Positions 61,638 through 64,000 of a stretch of 64,000 nucleotides of DNA are shown piece by piece; position 1 is the first letter of the stretch; each line of letters starts with the position of its first letter. Source of the stretch: Azolla caroliniana (lineage: Eukaryota; Plantae; Polypodiophyta); contig JBHGNT010000002.1 of the NCBI GenBank assembly GCA_043228905.1, forward strand, positions 18,352,001 through 18,416,000, in the 5' to 3' direction. The notes under the pieces were generated by a model that saw only the letters and a list, made by a program, of their open reading frames with translations, was not told where the DNA came from and searched no databases. The position numbers and the translations under genes are program-made.

Positions 61638-61919
61638 CTAGACTCGAACCCATAACCTTTTGTTACACGGGTCGAGACTTTACCATTAGGTTATGAATTG
61701 TAATTTGAAGGATATTATTTTCATTTAGGTTTTATTGGGAAATTGATGTATATTCCAGATTTCTCTGGAACATTCTAGAAACTTCAGGAGTATTCCTGAA
61801 GACACTATAAAAGGAGGCGCAAGGCATTAGTTCGAACCAAATCGGTTCAACGCCAGTCTTAAGCCTTCTAACTACTGTTGTATATCTTCCTTCATATAAT
61901 ACATATACCTTTCGCATCA

Positions 61920-61959
<40 letters not shown>

Positions 61960-62693
61960 ACCCATTCCTTCTCTCAAAGTTCGACACCTCTCATAGTACT
62001 AATCCTTCTTTTAGTACTAATTCCTTCTCTGCCTTAATAGAGTTCCTGACAACGAGAGGGAATCCTTGCCGAACTGACCTGGAGATAGGAAATAGTGGCC
62101 CATATCCTCCAGCAAACAAAATAGAACTAGAAGTATGCATGTATAGGGCAGAGACACCTTTTATCCATGCAACAGGAAAACCTAATCTTGATAGCACTAC
62201 CTCAAGAAAGTCCCAATTCACTTTATCATAAGCCTTTTCAAAGTCAAACAATAATATTGCAAGTTGTTGTTTATTTTGCTGAGCTAAAGCAACCATTTCC
62301 CAAAACAAAAAAATGCTATAAAAAATGCTTCTATCTTGCAAAAAACCAAATTGTGTGTCATGAATAATAAACGGCAACACCAATCTTAGTTTCAGAGTAA
62401 TGGTTTTTGCCACAATCTTTTACACGCCATTAAGCAATGTTATTGCCCTCCACATGGTGACTTCATCACACTGGCAATCTGACTTAGGGATCATATATAT
62501 GATTCCTTCCGTTCATTCCGCAGGCATATTACCGCTTGAAAATATTAAATTAACCGCTCTAGTAAGTAGAGGACCTAGGAAATCCCAATAATGCAAATAG
62601 AAGCCAATTCCTATTCCATCTTTTCTCGGATAGAAATTGTTTCCTAAGGATTTAGCTATAGAAAAAACCACTTGTGATGTGAATGGTTGCAAT

Positions 62694-63353
62694 CATAGAT
62701 TGACATATTCGCATTCGTGGGGTTTCCCATTCGAATGCAAACAAATACGCATACAAATGTATGGTCAAGTATTCGTTTAACCCAAAAAAAAAAAAAAAAG
62801 AGTACAAGAACTTCCTCCTTTCTTAGTTTCCTAGGATAATAAAAAAGGAACTTGACAATAAAAAGGGAGATTAAAAGAAGAACTTGACACTAATAAATTT
62901 TTATAATAAATGTAAAAGTATTCGTTTTATTTTTAATAAATAAATAAAATAAAATTAAGGGTCATTAATTCCTCAGTTTTTTTCGTCTCAAAATTTATGG
63001 ATATTTTTATCTTGACATTAAAATTTGGACTTCACACTAATCATACTTTTATAATAAATATAAAAATATTTATTTTAAAAAAAATAATTAATTAAAATAA
63101 AGGTTTATAAACTTCCCCATTTTTTATTTGACACTATAAAGTAATCATATTTTTATAATCTATTAATGAATGTTTTTTCTTTTTTTAGTGAATTAAATTT
63201 ATTTAAATATAAAAATGAATAAATAAATATTTTGTATATTTATTTTGTAAAACGAATGGTTTTATAATATTCTTGGGTCCATTTCGTATTCTCGAATATT
63301 ACGAATATGACGCATGTAGAATATAACGAATATGACGCATGTGTCAATCTATG
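62694..63353. mobile_element. Non-autonomous hAT-type DNA transposon (MITE), 660 bp
   Basis: 12-bp TIR CATAGATTGACA/TGTCAATCTATG. Perfect 8-bp TSD GTTGCAAT (62686-62693 and 63354-63361). Very AT-rich interior with subterminal ATTCG/CGAAT motifs. Confidence 0.92.
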
Positions 63354-64000
63354 GTTGCAATAAATGAGATGCCATTACATCTGGAACCTTCTGTTGAACA
63401 GTTGCAAGAACAACTTGTCGTTTGTAAAGATTATCTGCCGAAAAAGATTACGCAGACAACAATTGATGCTAATAATCTGAGACTATATCTCGCATCTCAG
63501 AGTCATCTGATGTATAGGATCCATCAAGCCACTTCAAAGAAGTAATAGAAATAGATTTATTTTTCCATTTAAACTGATTAACAAATTGTTTGTTGACTCG
63601 ATCCTGCCTTTGTGACCAGCGAGCAACATTACGGTAGTAAAAGAACATTGAGCGTTTCTCCTGCTTTTCTTTTAAAATGTTTTTCACTCATTGCAAGCCA
63701 CAATGTAGCATAGATGAAGTTGGATACCTTTCCAATAGTTGTTGTATTGCTCCAAGAGCACGATGTAGGTTGGCAAATTCTGAATTGCAATGATAAACCG
63801 ATATTGCAATTATTTTTTGTGAATAGAGACTTTGTATCGAGTATGGCATGAACCATATTGCTAAGCAAACACTCGTCTGAGAAGTTATAACTCGACCATA
63901 TCTAAGTGATCGCCATCCTGTAACTATCATTAAATAGCAATGAAGGAGGGATATGCAATTGCTTGGAATATCGCCTCTTGGTAAATGTAACATGTAACTT

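Larger units (their letters stand above)
56342..62051 (+). mobile_element. Ty3/Gypsy chromovirus H (Tcn1-like)
   Basis: LTRs 56342-56802 and 61630-62051. TSD ACAAG/ACGAG. PPT AAAGGGGGGATAG. No tRNA PBS. Gag, PR, RT, RH, INT and chromodomain present. Confidence 0.95.
49911..64000 (-). mobile_element. Degenerate L1-clade LINE ORF2, split by F, H and a MITE; continues beyond the window
   Basis: QFGFLQDRSI, DFEKAYDKVNWDFL and VRQGFPL (62057-62413); EFANDT (~56210); LSFAGQVVV..RNFLW (55757-56014); CAFC..ETAKHALW; WAVWKCRC. A-rich/(TAA)n tail at ~49911-49931. Confidence 0.88.

Overview
Eukaryotic land-plant DNA, probably a fern or other non-seed plant (inferred from a PLS-class PPR gene and a Tcn1-type chromovirus). 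Most of the window is nested transposable elements. There is one intact host gene, a PLS-E PPR organellar RNA-editing-type protein (15526-17520, minus strand), with PPR relics on both sides. Elements resolved by LTRs, PBS, PPT and TSDs: six Ty1/Copia (A-F), three tRNA-Trp-primed Ty3/Gypsy (G0-G2), a self-priming chromovirus (H) plus a related solo LTR, an L1-type LINE, a hAT MITE, and two unusual tRNA-Arg-PBS LTR elements (X1, X2). The best novelty candidate is X2 (4364-7312). It is a young LTR element whose only coding content is an uninterrupted 764-aa coiled-coil ORF running antisense to, and ending about 33 nt from, the PBS, with an LTR core promoter that seems to face the ORF. X1 appears to share this layout. 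Other highlights are a twice-inserted Copia family with Gag-PR-INT but no RT/RNase H, a conserved -1 frameshift/pseudoknot between protease and RT in G1/G2, and a Copia Pol with a ~175-aa tail between two PPT-like tracts. All coordinates and alignments were read by eye; no database searches were run.
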